Source: a virus. From it: DNA of 64,000 nucleotides. A model generated the notes under the pieces. That model did no database searches. It saw only the letters and a program-made list of their open reading frames with translations, and was not told the origin of the DNA. Position numbers and translations under genes: made by a program. Numbering within the stretch: position 1 is the stretch's first letter; every line of letters starts with the position of its first letter. Shown here piece after piece: positions 10,146-20,332 of the stretch. The stretch covers positions 3,973 through 67,972 of the IMG/VR virus record IMGVR_UViG_3300011116_000709; one strand, 5' to 3'.

Positions 10146-11029
10146 CAGTACTGTCCTTCAGAGAACGGATCTTTCTCTGTGAAATCAAAGATGTTGTCAC
10201 GATTGGCTTCAAGATCAATGGCTTCGTTGTCTTGGATATTTGCGTTGGTTGTGCGGGTATCGGTGTCACTTATAGCAGTAATTGTGGAAGACGCACCGCT
10301 TGTTCTGCCTATTACGATATCACCAATATCAAAAACGCCTTTTGTGACATTCACAGTCAAGTAGTAGACATTTTCAGCGGTATCGGTTACTGCGTCTACC
10401 CTACCAACTGCATGGGGAGAAGACGAACTACCAGCGTAGACCTCTTCACCAACCGTGAATGCTTTAGCCGAACTGGTAATGGTAAACCGCTTCTTGTAAG
10501 TGGCAACTGCCTGAACTGCTGCATCCATATCGCTTTCGCCTGTGTCAATTTCTTCTTGTGTGTACTTGAAGGCTTCGCAATACAGTTTGAAAGAGTAACG
10601 CTGACCCAGTGGATAGAACGGGTTGTCGTGCTCCACAAACTTGATCTCAAACAGATTATACGGATAGTCAAAATAGATCAAGTCACCTTCACGGGGGCGA
10701 CCCATATCACGAATGGTTGCGTTGTGTGACATGACTTCAAGAAAGCGTCGCTTGGACACAATAAAAGTACAGTTCTCACGAATGTCCAAACCAAAACGAG
10801 TCATGTCACTTTCGCCGTCAAACCCCTCTGCGTTCTCCATGTACATTTCAATACGGTTGGCATCCTTGAACTTGGACACCTCTTCACCAAGAATCTTGTC
10901 GTCCACAACCGTTTCTCGCGGAATGTACACCATCTCGTGACCGTGAATCTTGATGGCTTCGGTCGTGAGTGATTCTAGTAGGTTCTGCTCGCCTACATTG
11001 TTCCTGCGAAAATACGGGTTTACTGCCAT
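10145..11029 (-). CDS. gp14: Neck protein
   Basis: NPYF..EQNL.E.L..EAIKI.G, RPREGDLIYF, FEIKFVEH..PFY.LG, DFTE.DPF motifs. Confidence 0.95.
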   Translation of the reverse strand: MAVNPYFRRNNVGEQNLLESLTTEAIKIHGHEMVYIPRETVVDDKILGEEVSKFKDANRIEMYMENAEGFDGESDMTRFGLDIRENCTFIVSKRRFLEVMSHNATIRDMGRPREGDLIYFDYPYNLFEIKFVEHDNPFYPLGQRYSFKLYCEAFKYTQEEIDTGESDMDAAVQAVATYKKRFTITSSAKAFTVGEEVYAGSSSSPHAVGRVDAVTDTAENVYYLTVNVTKGVFDIGDIVIGRTSGASSTITAISDTDTRTTNANIQDNEAIDLEANRDNIFDFTEKDPFSEGQY

Positions 11030-11032
11030 GCT

Positions 11033-11788
11033 TTATCCTGTAATGAAATCGGGCGGCAACTGATACCGTGTCTCAATTTCTTCTTCTAGTTTGGCGATCT
11101 GCTCTTGTGCTTCTTCGTAAATCTTTGTGCCGTTGAATGTAACATTACCGGGGAGAGGCATACCCTCGTACTTGGACAGGTTGGCTCCCCACTGCCGTTT
11201 GATAAGAGCGGTAGAGTATTTCTTTAGCCAAATGTCGTCGTAAATTTCGGTTGCTGTTTGTGGATCGTTGGCACTGTACGCTTCAATCATCAGGTAAGTG
11301 CCAGCGGTCATGTCTGTGGTTGTCGCATCAATATACAGTTTGTTGCTGACACGATTGAACCGTATTTGCTTTTCAGGATCAAGCAACTGCTCTAACATCT
11401 CAATATACTGCATGGTGGACACATAGTAGTTCAGGTTGGTCTGCCCTGTACGCAATCCGTAAAAATCGTTGAGTGCCAACTGGTAGCGAATATTGAAGAT
11501 GTTGTGGGTTGTCAGGTTGAAACCCATATGAAATATACGATTGATGGTCAGAATAGACGGATCAATAGGATCAGTATTGATCCACTTTCGGGAGATGTCT
11601 TCTGCTGTCAGGCTATAGGTGTAATACATCTTCATTCCACCGTCGTGGTGGAAATTAGCGTAATACTCAAGGGCTTCGTCTATGCGATCTTCTACCTGTG
11701 AGTCTTCCACATTGACTTCAATCACAGGCTGTCCCAATGCACGAAGGCAATAGTCTTTTAGTTCTTGGCGAGTATGTGGGCGAGCCAT
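11033..11788 (-). CDS. gp13: Neck protein
   Basis: RQELKDYCLRALG.PVIEVNV..Q.EDRIDEAL, KRQWG.NLSKY.G..LPG motifs. Confidence 0.96.
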   Translation of the reverse strand: MARPHTRQELKDYCLRALGQPVIEVNVEDSQVEDRIDEALEYYANFHHDGGMKMYYTYSLTAEDISRKWINTDPIDPSILTINRIFHMGFNLTTHNIFNIRYQLALNDFYGLRTGQTNLNYYVSTMQYIEMLEQLLDPEKQIRFNRVSNKLYIDATTTDMTAGTYLMIEAYSANDPQTATEIYDDIWLKKYSTALIKRQWGANLSKYEGMPLPGNVTFNGTKIYEEAQEQIAKLEEEIETRYQLPPDFITG

Positions 11789-11828
11789 GCAGTCTCCTTT
11801 TCAAGTATTTAGGAGATACGCACGGTCG

Positions 11829-12101
11829 CTATTCTCCGTTTTCAGCCTGTAGACGCTGCACTAGAATGGCTAGTTCAGGTTCTCGGCTGCACCATCGGTC
11901 ACACCCCGCATCGTCTTTTCGGAGATACAGGGTATTGTCTCCATCGGTTATGTAGTGGCGTACACCCTTTTCATATACTCGTGTGTGAAACCCAAAAGGA
12001 ACGCTGTAGTCGCCACACACTTTTAAAAAATCATCCCACGAGTACTCTCTCCCGTTTAGAACCACTTTGCTGTGCCCATAATGTATAAGAGAGATGGACA
12101 T
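11829..12101 (-). CDS. Hypothetical protein
   Basis: 90-aa ORF filling the gap, co-oriented with neighbours. Confidence 0.6.
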   Translation of the reverse strand: MSISLIHYGHSKVVLNGREYSWDDFLKVCGDYSVPFGFHTRVYEKGVRHYITDGDNTLYLRKDDAGCDRWCSREPELAILVQRLQAENGE

Positions 12102-12107
12102 GGGAGA

Positions 12108-13898
12108 TTATGGTGCGTATTCTACAGGAGTTTTCTCTACACTTATATTCCAATAATTTTCAGGTGAACGAGCGGTTTTTGTTGCAATAGAAATTGGGCT
12201 AATGAACAGGGATTGGTTGCCTGAAGCAGCAAGTTTACTCACCAAACCTGAAGCAGTTGTTCCCACGAGCAATTTCAGAGCACCGAATGTGGCTTGAGCA
12301 TCAATCCTATTAGAAACTGCTGTAAAAGAAGTGTTGGCTGCGTTGTAATATGTCAGCACATCTTTGTAGAGATTCACGGCATCTGCTGTGGCAAAATTGT
12401 AATAGACCCCATAAGAATCGGCTACAGAAACAGGAGCAGTGCTTCCGGCTACTATGATGGCATCGTAAATATTTTTTAGATAATTCAAATTGGCTTCTAG
12501 CGGAGTGTATGTGAAAGAATTTGGATAAGTGGAGCCGCTGTATAGATTCTTGAAATCTCCGCTGCTTCCACTTGAACCGTACATGGTAAGCCCAAGATAG
12601 TATCTGAAAGTGTAATCGTTCAGGTTCTTTCGGTATTGCTTGGCTGCTGTTAGCCCTGTAGACAATTCTGTGACAGCCGTAGGAATCCAACACGCACCGC
12701 TGTCGTAACCAAAAATGTAACCAGCGGAACTGCCTGCGGCTGCATGACCACCACACACTCCACTAAAAGCGGGTTTCCATTGGTTTGAAGCGGTGACACC
12801 TATACATCCGTATGTGTATAGACTACCTCCTGCAAATGCCACATTGCTAGTCATCTTGTTTGAAGTATCGCAGGGGAAATATGATGTTCCGATTGGGCCA
12901 TCCATACTTAGATAAAACACAGTATAGTAACCAGCGTCTTGATGTACGCTCGGAACGGGTGCTGTACTTCCGTGTTGGAAGCCACGAAGTGCTTCAAGAG
13001 TGGTTCCTGCACTGATGATAATATCGTCCAACCATCCCTTGAACGGCTTCTTGCCGCTTCCACCACATCCAAGATAAACAGAGGATTGTGATCCACGAAT
13101 AGAACCTGTTGCACCAGTATATTTTTGTACTTGATTTCCGTTCCAATACGAACTGACTGCTGCACTGTTTCCAGCATTTGTATATGCCACAGCAAAATGA
13201 TGCCATTCGTTTAGGGTAACTCCCACAGGGGACACATTCATATTGTGGTCAAATCCTGTAGAAGTTGTGTTTGCTGCGGTTGAGAAATGGAACTGAAAAC
13301 GAGAAGACGAGTAGTCATATTCAAGACGGAACGAATCGCTTGTGCTTCCGCTAACTCCATCTGGGCTACGAGTGATTATGATTGGATCGTATGCAGAAGT
13401 GGGAGAAGTTTCCATATACACCCAACCAGAAACCAAGAAATAAGTAGCAGAAGAAATTCCTGGAAGTGATATGCCTGCGGCAGCGGTATCGGTATCCAAA
13501 TACGATCCCTTGAACTGTGCTGCTCCCGATCCCACATATCCTGTGGCTCCTATTGTTCCAACTGTTGGATTGTACTCGGTTGCAGTAGTACCGCTCAAAG
13601 TCAAGTAATTGATTACTTGTGGTGTTATGGTGGATTGAAACACCAACTCGGTGGGAATGAAAACTCCGTATCCGCTTCCGTCTATCTTTTGTTCGGCTAG
13701 AGGAAACACAGAAACAGCCTTATTGTACCTGCCCTGTCCTTCTTCCAAAGTGACTCCATAAAAATCAATTACTTCTGGTATAGTAGAGTCTACAATAAAA
13801 ATATTTGTATCATTTGTAGAAAAATTTTTGGCATCATAGTCGGAAGACAATACACCAGTTTGTCCGTTTCCATTTAGTTGTAACAGTTTTTTTGCCAT
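12108..13898 (-). CDS. LamG/concanavalin A-like domain virion protein
   Basis: F.VSGWVY...LNEWHHFAV....YWNG...LG......FKGWLDDI is the LamG-like pattern; TATAAATA upstream. Confidence 0.75.
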   Translation of the reverse strand: MAKKLLQLNGNGQTGVLSSDYDAKNFSTNDTNIFIVDSTIPEVIDFYGVTLEEGQGRYNKAVSVFPLAEQKIDGSGYGVFIPTELVFQSTITPQVINYLTLSGTTATEYNPTVGTIGATGYVGSGAAQFKGSYLDTDTAAAGISLPGISSATYFLVSGWVYMETSPTSAYDPIIITRSPDGVSGSTSDSFRLEYDYSSSRFQFHFSTAANTTSTGFDHNMNVSPVGVTLNEWHHFAVAYTNAGNSAAVSSYWNGNQVQKYTGATGSIRGSQSSVYLGCGGSGKKPFKGWLDDIIISAGTTLEALRGFQHGSTAPVPSVHQDAGYYTVFYLSMDGPIGTSYFPCDTSNKMTSNVAFAGGSLYTYGCIGVTASNQWKPAFSGVCGGHAAAGSSAGYIFGYDSGACWIPTAVTELSTGLTAAKQYRKNLNDYTFRYYLGLTMYGSSGSSGDFKNLYSGSTYPNSFTYTPLEANLNYLKNIYDAIIVAGSTAPVSVADSYGVYYNFATADAVNLYKDVLTYYNAANTSFTAVSNRIDAQATFGALKLLVGTTASGLVSKLAASGNQSLFISPISIATKTARSPENYWNISVEKTPVEYAP

Positions 13899-13908
13899 TT
13901 TACTCTTC

Positions 13909-13916
13909 TATTTATA
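13909..13916 (-). promoter_or_regulatory. T4-type late promoter TATAAATA
   Basis: Exact consensus upstream of the LamG-like gene. Confidence 0.7.
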
Positions 13917-16900
13917 GTTCTGGTGGTATAAATTTACAAGTTCCTTGTGATGTCATTATGATGGGTATAGGATAAACAGCATTCCAAGAACCTGCTGGAA
14001 TAGTGGATGGACTCGTATCTGGGTGCATCCATTTCGCCCATTCTCCGCGATTGGGTTTTGGTTGCGTAGCAGTTGAGATGTAACCATCACCACTCGCTTC
14101 AAAATTTTTGTTGCCGTCTGCTGCCGAACCATCTGAAATTTTGTTTGCAACTCCTGCCCATTTTCCGTAAACAGGATAATTCGGTTGAGCACCTGTTCCG
14201 TTATTTGGAAAACCACCAAAACTTGCACCCCTTAAACTGTCCCACCATTGGTAATATTTATTGCTTGAATTTACATTATAATTTGCAAAAGGATTGGCTT
14301 GTGTAAAGTTGGTAAGTGGAACTCGTGTTGCAATTTTTGCATTAGAATTTCCTGTGATATCCGCAACATGTGCCCACGAATACAGGTTATTTACTCCTAT
14401 TTCTTGAGAGGCATAAGTGGTTAAGGTGTAAAGGGGTAGTGGATAAACTGAAGAACTGTCAAACAATCGCACTTTACCACAACTTCCTATAGTCAAAGAT
14501 AACTGATATGGCCACAAACCGGTTGAAGCAGCAGCCTCCGTAAATGTGGCAACATTTCCTATATTTCCTGCTGAAGTTGCTACGCCATTCACTGTTGTGG
14601 GCACAAAATACGATTGTGCATTGTTATATCTAGAAAACCCTTCTGTGATTCCTGTGTTCCACCCGTCACACATGGACACTCGATGCCCACTGTTTATGGG
14701 GTAGTAGAGTCCACCGTCTACGCCGAAGGTGCTACCAACAGAAGCATTGAATGGTCTTCCGTAGTAACTAGAATTCGTTTCCAGCAACAACATTCCAGAA
14801 TAGTTGAAAGAATATCTAACTGCGTTTAATGCTATACTTCCACCACACAAAGTATGGGAGACGGCATAAGAGCCTGCTCCAAACCCAAGACTTATGCCTG
14901 AATATGTGCTGAACGCATGGCTTGTAAATGGCCAACAAAGAGCAACCAAATTTCCATCTTGATAAATTTTTGAGTTTTGTGTGGCTCTTATTGCGTGGTT
15001 TTGTCCGTCATAAACATTACCATAACTAGAAGAATATCCTCTTGAAAACCATTGTTGATTTTTAGATATAACATTTCCTAACCGTGCTTCAGATCCCAAA
15101 TCAACGACTATGGAACCATCTGCTACTTCAGACACAACTATGGAAGCCTGTCCTCTAGGACGACACGACAGCCTACTGCTTTCACTAATTCTTAAACCAC
15201 GCCTACCACCTTTTACGACCATCAATTTATTGATGTACAGTTCAGAATTATTGTAAACATGAACAGGATATAGTCCAGAATTTTTAAATCCGCTCCAACC
15301 ATTACTCCATCCAAACTGCATATCCTGACAAGCGTTTGATGTGGTAGTTCCAGAAATGGTGCTACCATTTTGACCAGAGAATTGGCTTCGATTTCTGTGA
15401 AGTGTTATTCCACTTAAAAAATTTGTTCCCTCAGAGTCGCTGTATGCACGGAAATATAGAGTGCAACCGTCTGTTGAGAGGAATTTAACCCAATCGTCCG
15501 ATTCGTGCATATTCACATTGCCCATCTTATATCCGTAGACTATAACTCTTTGCTGATAGATGGGTTGTCCGTTTCCGTATGCGGCAGAATTGCTCCATAT
15601 CGAACCGCTATATCCAGCACCTAATCCATAAGGAGAAGCAGTTGTAAACTTAGTAACAGTTGGTTGACCAATACTGAAAACTCTACCGAGAGTAATACCA
15701 GTAGAAGTACTGGAAAAATCTGCACTAATAGTAATATTTCGATAAATAGATGAATTGAAAGATTCTACATTATAAAAACCAGCACTGAGTCCACTGGTAG
15801 AACCTGGATATACAGGAACATTAAAAGACATATTAAACATTGGGAGTCCGCCAACAGCAGATGTCCAAAAATGACCCAAAGAAACTTTACTGTTGTTGGA
15901 AGCCTTTATTGCATTTCCAACATAACTCACAGTCTGAATCCATATACTACTATCTGTCAAATAACGACCAAGAGGATTTGATCTGCTTCCGCCAGCAATT
16001 TTATCGTTTGGCGGATCGTATTGTGGTATATCAGCACCCTCAAGGAAATTGATCTGGGAATTGTTACACAAGATTCCGTTAATCATATGGGAAGCAGTAA
16101 TCAATGGAGTATTATACAAGTATCCATCTACTCCTGGAGCATTAACATTAGAAACTCCAGCAGAATGTCCCGGATGATTATCAGAAAATGCGTAATCCAA
16201 CCCGTAACCGTCCCATCTAGTAACTTTGCTGTTCACGCAGTTCAAAACAGACATATACCCCAAAGCACCAATATGTGCAATTCCTATTTCAGAATCTTCA
16301 ACATTCAATAGATGGGGTCTTGGAGAAAGAGTATCGCTATTTGCTTCAGTAAGAGAAAAAGTACTAGAATATGTTCCAGCAGTTGCTCCTAACGGACCAG
16401 TTGCACCAAGAGGATACTGTTCTGTAAATCCGTCAATTCTTGCATTTACAAACATCAAATTCCTGATGGCTTTTAATTTTCCACCACGAATATTTAGAGG
16501 AGACTTGGATTCAAATGCGTATGGTGTAGAAGACCCATAGTATGTGTGACGAATCACAACTGGGAAATTGGTTACAAGATGAACATCATCGCTGATGTGT
16601 GTGACTCCACTTGGGCGAGAAGGATATGTGAATCCACTAGAAACTGTTGGTGCGTTGTTCCATGCAGTAAGCCCGTAGTATCCGTTTGGTTCACTATATT
16701 GGGCTTCAGGATAAGAAGAAGCCATTCCACCCCAAGACACATTGTTTCCTAGCCCACTTGGAATTCTTCCAGCATTTCCACTGGCATCAGACATTCCAAC
16801 CAATCCAGTTTGACTGTTTCCAACAAAACTTGGAACTCGGGTATCCACATTTGCATTTTTAAACACAAGACTCAAAGCATCAACAGAACCAGTAGCACCA

Positions 16901-17619
16901 GAAATTTTTGCAAGTCCAAGAATTCCATCACCTTCTTCATACGGCAATTTGTGGTTAAAGAAGTGGTTTCCAATACTCTGTGTCATGGTTCTAGAACTAT
17001 TAAGTGATATACTGTACTTAGTGTCTTCAAAAGCCGAACTGCTACCTGCTGCGGTTGAATACAGATCAGAATAGTAGTCATGCGAACCTAGACTGGCATT
17101 TGAAATTGCAACATATCCACCAACATCTTCTGCTGTAAACCCGTGTGCTGTGCCGCCGTCTCTGCTCCACAGATAAACATCACCCGTGTGTCCGTAACCA
17201 CTAAATTTGCTCAAGTCCCATTGGTAGTTTGCAACCTGCCACAAATACCTTTGTTTTACAGCAGCAGCATCTCCCTGAATTATAATATTTCCACCCTGTG
17301 GATGGTACAGATTATCGGGCCAATCACTCGCAGATGTAGAGGTGTAAATTCCTTTTTGGAACTGAATAGTTAGTGTTGCATTTCCAAATATTGTATATTT
17401 TTGTGCTTCTGCCCAAGCCTTTGCTAGCGTGGCAAAAGGCTTGGCAAGAGTTCCGTTACCAGTGGTATCGTTTCCCAGAGTAAGTCCTGTCCATGTGGAG
17501 GTAGAACCAGTTTTTCCTCTACCATCAGGAGCAATATAGATGGTGGTGTCCTCTGCAATAACCTTGAGGTTTTGCAGGGGGTTGTTGGACGGTGACGGTA
17601 TTGGGGAAAAGTCTGGCAT
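13912..17619 (-). CDS. Large fibre / receptor-binding-like protein, possible beta-helix
   Basis: 1235 aa; IYIAPDG..GND.TGNGT.AKPFATLAKA motif typical of pectin-lyase-like beta-helix N-caps; G/S/N rich; late promoter upstream. Confidence 0.6.
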   Translation of the reverse strand: MPDFSPIPSPSNNPLQNLKVIAEDTTIYIAPDGRGKTGSTSTWTGLTLGNDTTGNGTLAKPFATLAKAWAEAQKYTIFGNATLTIQFQKGIYTSTSASDWPDNLYHPQGGNIIIQGDAAAVKQRYLWQVANYQWDLSKFSGYGHTGDVYLWSRDGGTAHGFTAEDVGGYVAISNASLGSHDYYSDLYSTAAGSSSAFEDTKYSISLNSSRTMTQSIGNHFFNHKLPYEEGDGILGLAKISGATGSVDALSLVFKNANVDTRVPSFVGNSQTGLVGMSDASGNAGRIPSGLGNNVSWGGMASSYPEAQYSEPNGYYGLTAWNNAPTVSSGFTYPSRPSGVTHISDDVHLVTNFPVVIRHTYYGSSTPYAFESKSPLNIRGGKLKAIRNLMFVNARIDGFTEQYPLGATGPLGATAGTYSSTFSLTEANSDTLSPRPHLLNVEDSEIGIAHIGALGYMSVLNCVNSKVTRWDGYGLDYAFSDNHPGHSAGVSNVNAPGVDGYLYNTPLITASHMINGILCNNSQINFLEGADIPQYDPPNDKIAGGSRSNPLGRYLTDSSIWIQTVSYVGNAIKASNNSKVSLGHFWTSAVGGLPMFNMSFNVPVYPGSTSGLSAGFYNVESFNSSIYRNITISADFSSTSTGITLGRVFSIGQPTVTKFTTASPYGLGAGYSGSIWSNSAAYGNGQPIYQQRVIVYGYKMGNVNMHESDDWVKFLSTDGCTLYFRAYSDSEGTNFLSGITLHRNRSQFSGQNGSTISGTTTSNACQDMQFGWSNGWSGFKNSGLYPVHVYNNSELYINKLMVVKGGRRGLRISESSRLSCRPRGQASIVVSEVADGSIVVDLGSEARLGNVISKNQQWFSRGYSSSYGNVYDGQNHAIRATQNSKIYQDGNLVALCWPFTSHAFSTYSGISLGFGAGSYAVSHTLCGGSIALNAVRYSFNYSGMLLLETNSSYYGRPFNASVGSTFGVDGGLYYPINSGHRVSMCDGWNTGITEGFSRYNNAQSYFVPTTVNGVATSAGNIGNVATFTEAAASTGLWPYQLSLTIGSCGKVRLFDSSSVYPLPLYTLTTYASQEIGVNNLYSWAHVADITGNSNAKIATRVPLTNFTQANPFANYNVNSSNKYYQWWDSLRGASFGGFPNNGTGAQPNYPVYGKWAGVANKISDGSAADGNKNFEASGDGYISTATQPKPNRGEWAKWMHPDTSPSTIPAGSWNAVYPIPIIMTSQGTCKFIPPEL

Positions 17620-17626
17620 ATGTGGT

Positions 17627-17634
17627 TATTTATA
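17627..17634 (-). promoter_or_regulatory. T4-type late promoter TATAAATA
   Basis: Exact consensus 7 nt upstream of the ATG at 17619. Confidence 0.75.
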
Positions 17635-17638
17635 GGAG

Positions 17639-20104
17639 TTATGCTAGCCGTTGAATGTATCCGTATCCTGACCCAAGCGGTGTATTATTTCCAGTTCCAC
17701 GAACACCATAAGTGTCGTATTCAGCGTATCCAAAAACATAGCCTGACATTGCTGTAACTGTATCTGATCCTACTGTTGTGGCACTAGGATTGAGAGTCGG
17801 AGGAATTACAAAAGCGGTCCACCCACCCCCCCAATTGCTAACTGCACCTTTTATTGTTTCTATGGCATTATTACTCATCTTCCAATGCAAGTTTATTTTT
17901 CCACCTTTCCCATCATCAGTCGTACCCGTACCCCACAACTGATCGTCACTAGCAATATGTAAATACTTACCTGTTGGAACTGTCCATACTTTAGCCATAT
18001 AATTGGTGGGATCGTTGTCATAAGCACTGTTTGTATTTTCCACCCATTGTCCGTAAACAAACCAAGTTCCAGCAGGAATTCCATTAGATGTTATACCACC
18101 ACTAGATGCAAAATAAAATGGTTGAACATACCCAACCGCTCCCGGAGTGGTATTGCTTGGTTTCACCATCACATTCGTAGCACCACCAAAATCTCCAACC
18201 TTGAGAGTGCCGTTCACATCAAGAGACGCACCTGGAGTGCCTGTGTGGATTCCTACATTCCCTAAATTGTTAACATACAATCTGGTTTGTGAGGATGTGT
18301 CATTTTGTCCACGAGTAGCAAGTTGCCATTCAGTATACTTTAGTGATTGAGTGCTGTACCCATTAAAACCAAAATATCCAACGGTTGTTCCGTCTTGTTT
18401 GGTGGAGATAAAGAAAGCATCGTCCTTGTTGTTGGTTATTTGGCTTCCACCAACACTCAGTATTAGTGGATTTCTGCTAGTGTTATTTGTGTCACCAGAG
18501 AACAGGATGTCACCTGGGTTTCCACTGCCGTATATCCGCATCCGCTCTGTGCCTGTCTTGGATGTCTCGCCGCCGTTGGTGTAGAACACCAAGTCGCCAC
18601 CGCTTGCACCACTCAGCAGTTCGCTGCGGAGCGAATTGGAGTCGGTGGAACGAATCAGGAGGTTACTGTACGGCAGGTCAACCCCGTCAATGATGGCTGC
18701 ACGGGTGTACGGCTTGGCTTTAATGATGTAACGAACTGCCAGATACGGTGGCATGTTGTTGTGGGGGGTGTTGGAGCCAGTATCAGAGATAAAGACAGGA
18801 TACTCGGAAGCAGCCGTACCAACATTAACCTGTAGTTCACCTGCACCTGCGGTACGAGCAAGTGCCGTTGTCAGAGTTCCGAAAAGAGCGTGATCGTGGG
18901 CAGGCATCTCTGCAATTGTGAGTTGATGCCGATCTTCTCCACCCATTGCTCCAAGAGCGATTGGGCCATATTGTCCAGTAATATGAATATAAGGATTATC
19001 GCCTTCTGCACCAGCAGCATCAGAATCCGTACTCATTACGCCGATAGGAGTTCGCCCAGACAGATCGGGAACATTAAACGCAAGAACTTGCACAGTATTG
19101 ATACTGGCAACGCCTCTGTCTGTTTTTGCATCTGCTCCGCTAATCACACGAACCGCTGAAGCAGCAGGATTAGGATTGGTGTTGGAACCCAATCCCTGAA
19201 CAAAAAAGTTAGGCATTATGAATCTGCGTGTGTTGCTTGGTCCAGTAGCAGTCCATTTAGGAAGTATTTGAACCTGAAGCCCATATGCTCCACCGTCATG
19301 CCCAACGCCTTTAGACACAACTAATCCGTATACATCCCATGTGTTTTCGTGAGACGCTACATCCGTTCCATTCAGAGTTCCCCAAGGGGTGGAACTAGGA
19401 TTAGTCAGAGTTCCAGCCGCAGCATTATTGTGATTTTTTACAAATACATAGTCACCAACTTGGGTTGCGGTGTGAATCGAAGCCGATCCAGCACTCAAAG
19501 AAATACTTACAATGTGCCCGTAAATAGGAGCACGATCACCTGTGGTGTAGCACAGTTTAGAATACAATTCAGTATACGAACCTATAGAGTAGGTTCCACC
19601 ATTGCACTCCAACCATGTATCAGGAATGCTTGTGCCTGCAAACGGCATGATTGTGCCCACAGGCTGAATCTCGTCTATTCCAATGGTGGACGATCCGCCA
19701 ATCTGTGTGCCCAAGTAGTTGTTCAGCACAAAGCCGTTCAGGGTGGGGTGGCGTGTAACCACAGGCTTCACAACGGTTCCCAAAGCACTGGGTGGATTGT
19801 GGGTCAAGCCGCCTGCACACACTCCCGACAGGAAAAGTACTGGATACGAAATGCCTGCAAACTGGGGCAGATCAATGTAGCCACCGTAAGTAAGTTCAAA
19901 AGTGTTGGTGTCTACTTTGGCACTCACAATACCCAACACTTCAGCGTTAACAGCAGAGTCCGCTTGTGCTCGCACATACGAGGGCGATCCGTTGTTCCAC
20001 CGAAGCACATCACCCACAGTAAAGCCGTGAGACGCAAGAGAAATGCTCTCTTTCAGAGTTCTGGCTGTTGCTGCACCGCCTGTTAATACGAGTGATGATC
20101 CCAT
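17639..20104 (-). CDS. Tail fibre protein with tail collar domain
   Basis: PVGTIMPFAG..IP.TWLECNG, FNVPDLSGR, GGE..HQLTIAEMPAHDH, PHNNMPPYLAVRYIIKA collar motifs. Confidence 0.85.
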   Translation of the reverse strand: MGSSLVLTGGAATARTLKESISLASHGFTVGDVLRWNNGSPSYVRAQADSAVNAEVLGIVSAKVDTNTFELTYGGYIDLPQFAGISYPVLFLSGVCAGGLTHNPPSALGTVVKPVVTRHPTLNGFVLNNYLGTQIGGSSTIGIDEIQPVGTIMPFAGTSIPDTWLECNGGTYSIGSYTELYSKLCYTTGDRAPIYGHIVSISLSAGSASIHTATQVGDYVFVKNHNNAAAGTLTNPSSTPWGTLNGTDVASHENTWDVYGLVVSKGVGHDGGAYGLQVQILPKWTATGPSNTRRFIMPNFFVQGLGSNTNPNPAASAVRVISGADAKTDRGVASINTVQVLAFNVPDLSGRTPIGVMSTDSDAAGAEGDNPYIHITGQYGPIALGAMGGEDRHQLTIAEMPAHDHALFGTLTTALARTAGAGELQVNVGTAASEYPVFISDTGSNTPHNNMPPYLAVRYIIKAKPYTRAAIIDGVDLPYSNLLIRSTDSNSLRSELLSGASGGDLVFYTNGGETSKTGTERMRIYGSGNPGDILFSGDTNNTSRNPLILSVGGSQITNNKDDAFFISTKQDGTTVGYFGFNGYSTQSLKYTEWQLATRGQNDTSSQTRLYVNNLGNVGIHTGTPGASLDVNGTLKVGDFGGATNVMVKPSNTTPGAVGYVQPFYFASSGGITSNGIPAGTWFVYGQWVENTNSAYDNDPTNYMAKVWTVPTGKYLHIASDDQLWGTGTTDDGKGGKINLHWKMSNNAIETIKGAVSNWGGGWTAFVIPPTLNPSATTVGSDTVTAMSGYVFGYAEYDTYGVRGTGNNTPLGSGYGYIQRLA

Positions 20105-20120
20105 GTGTGTGTTCCTTTTA

Positions 20121-20324
20121 TCAGCCTACTACTATAAAACTAACATCTGCTATGAGATTGTAATCCGTAGAATCTGTTGAATTGTCCCAAATAGTATAAT
20201 AGAATTCTGTGGTTGTGTTAGCATAAGTATCATGCCCATCGGCTACACTCAATCCAGCAACTGGTGCTCCCAGAGTCAGAGTTGAACCGATTGGACTTAT
20301 TGTGTTGGCTTTAAGAGTGCTCAT
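20121..20324 (-). CDS. Small hypothetical protein, fibre-associated
   Basis: MSTLKANTI start resembles small fibre-associated phage proteins; sits between two fibre genes. Confidence 0.5.
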   Translation of the reverse strand: MSTLKANTISPIGSTLTLGAPVAGLSVADGHDTYANTTTEFYYTIWDNSTDSTDYNLIADVSFIVVG

Positions 20325-20332
20325 GTGTGTAT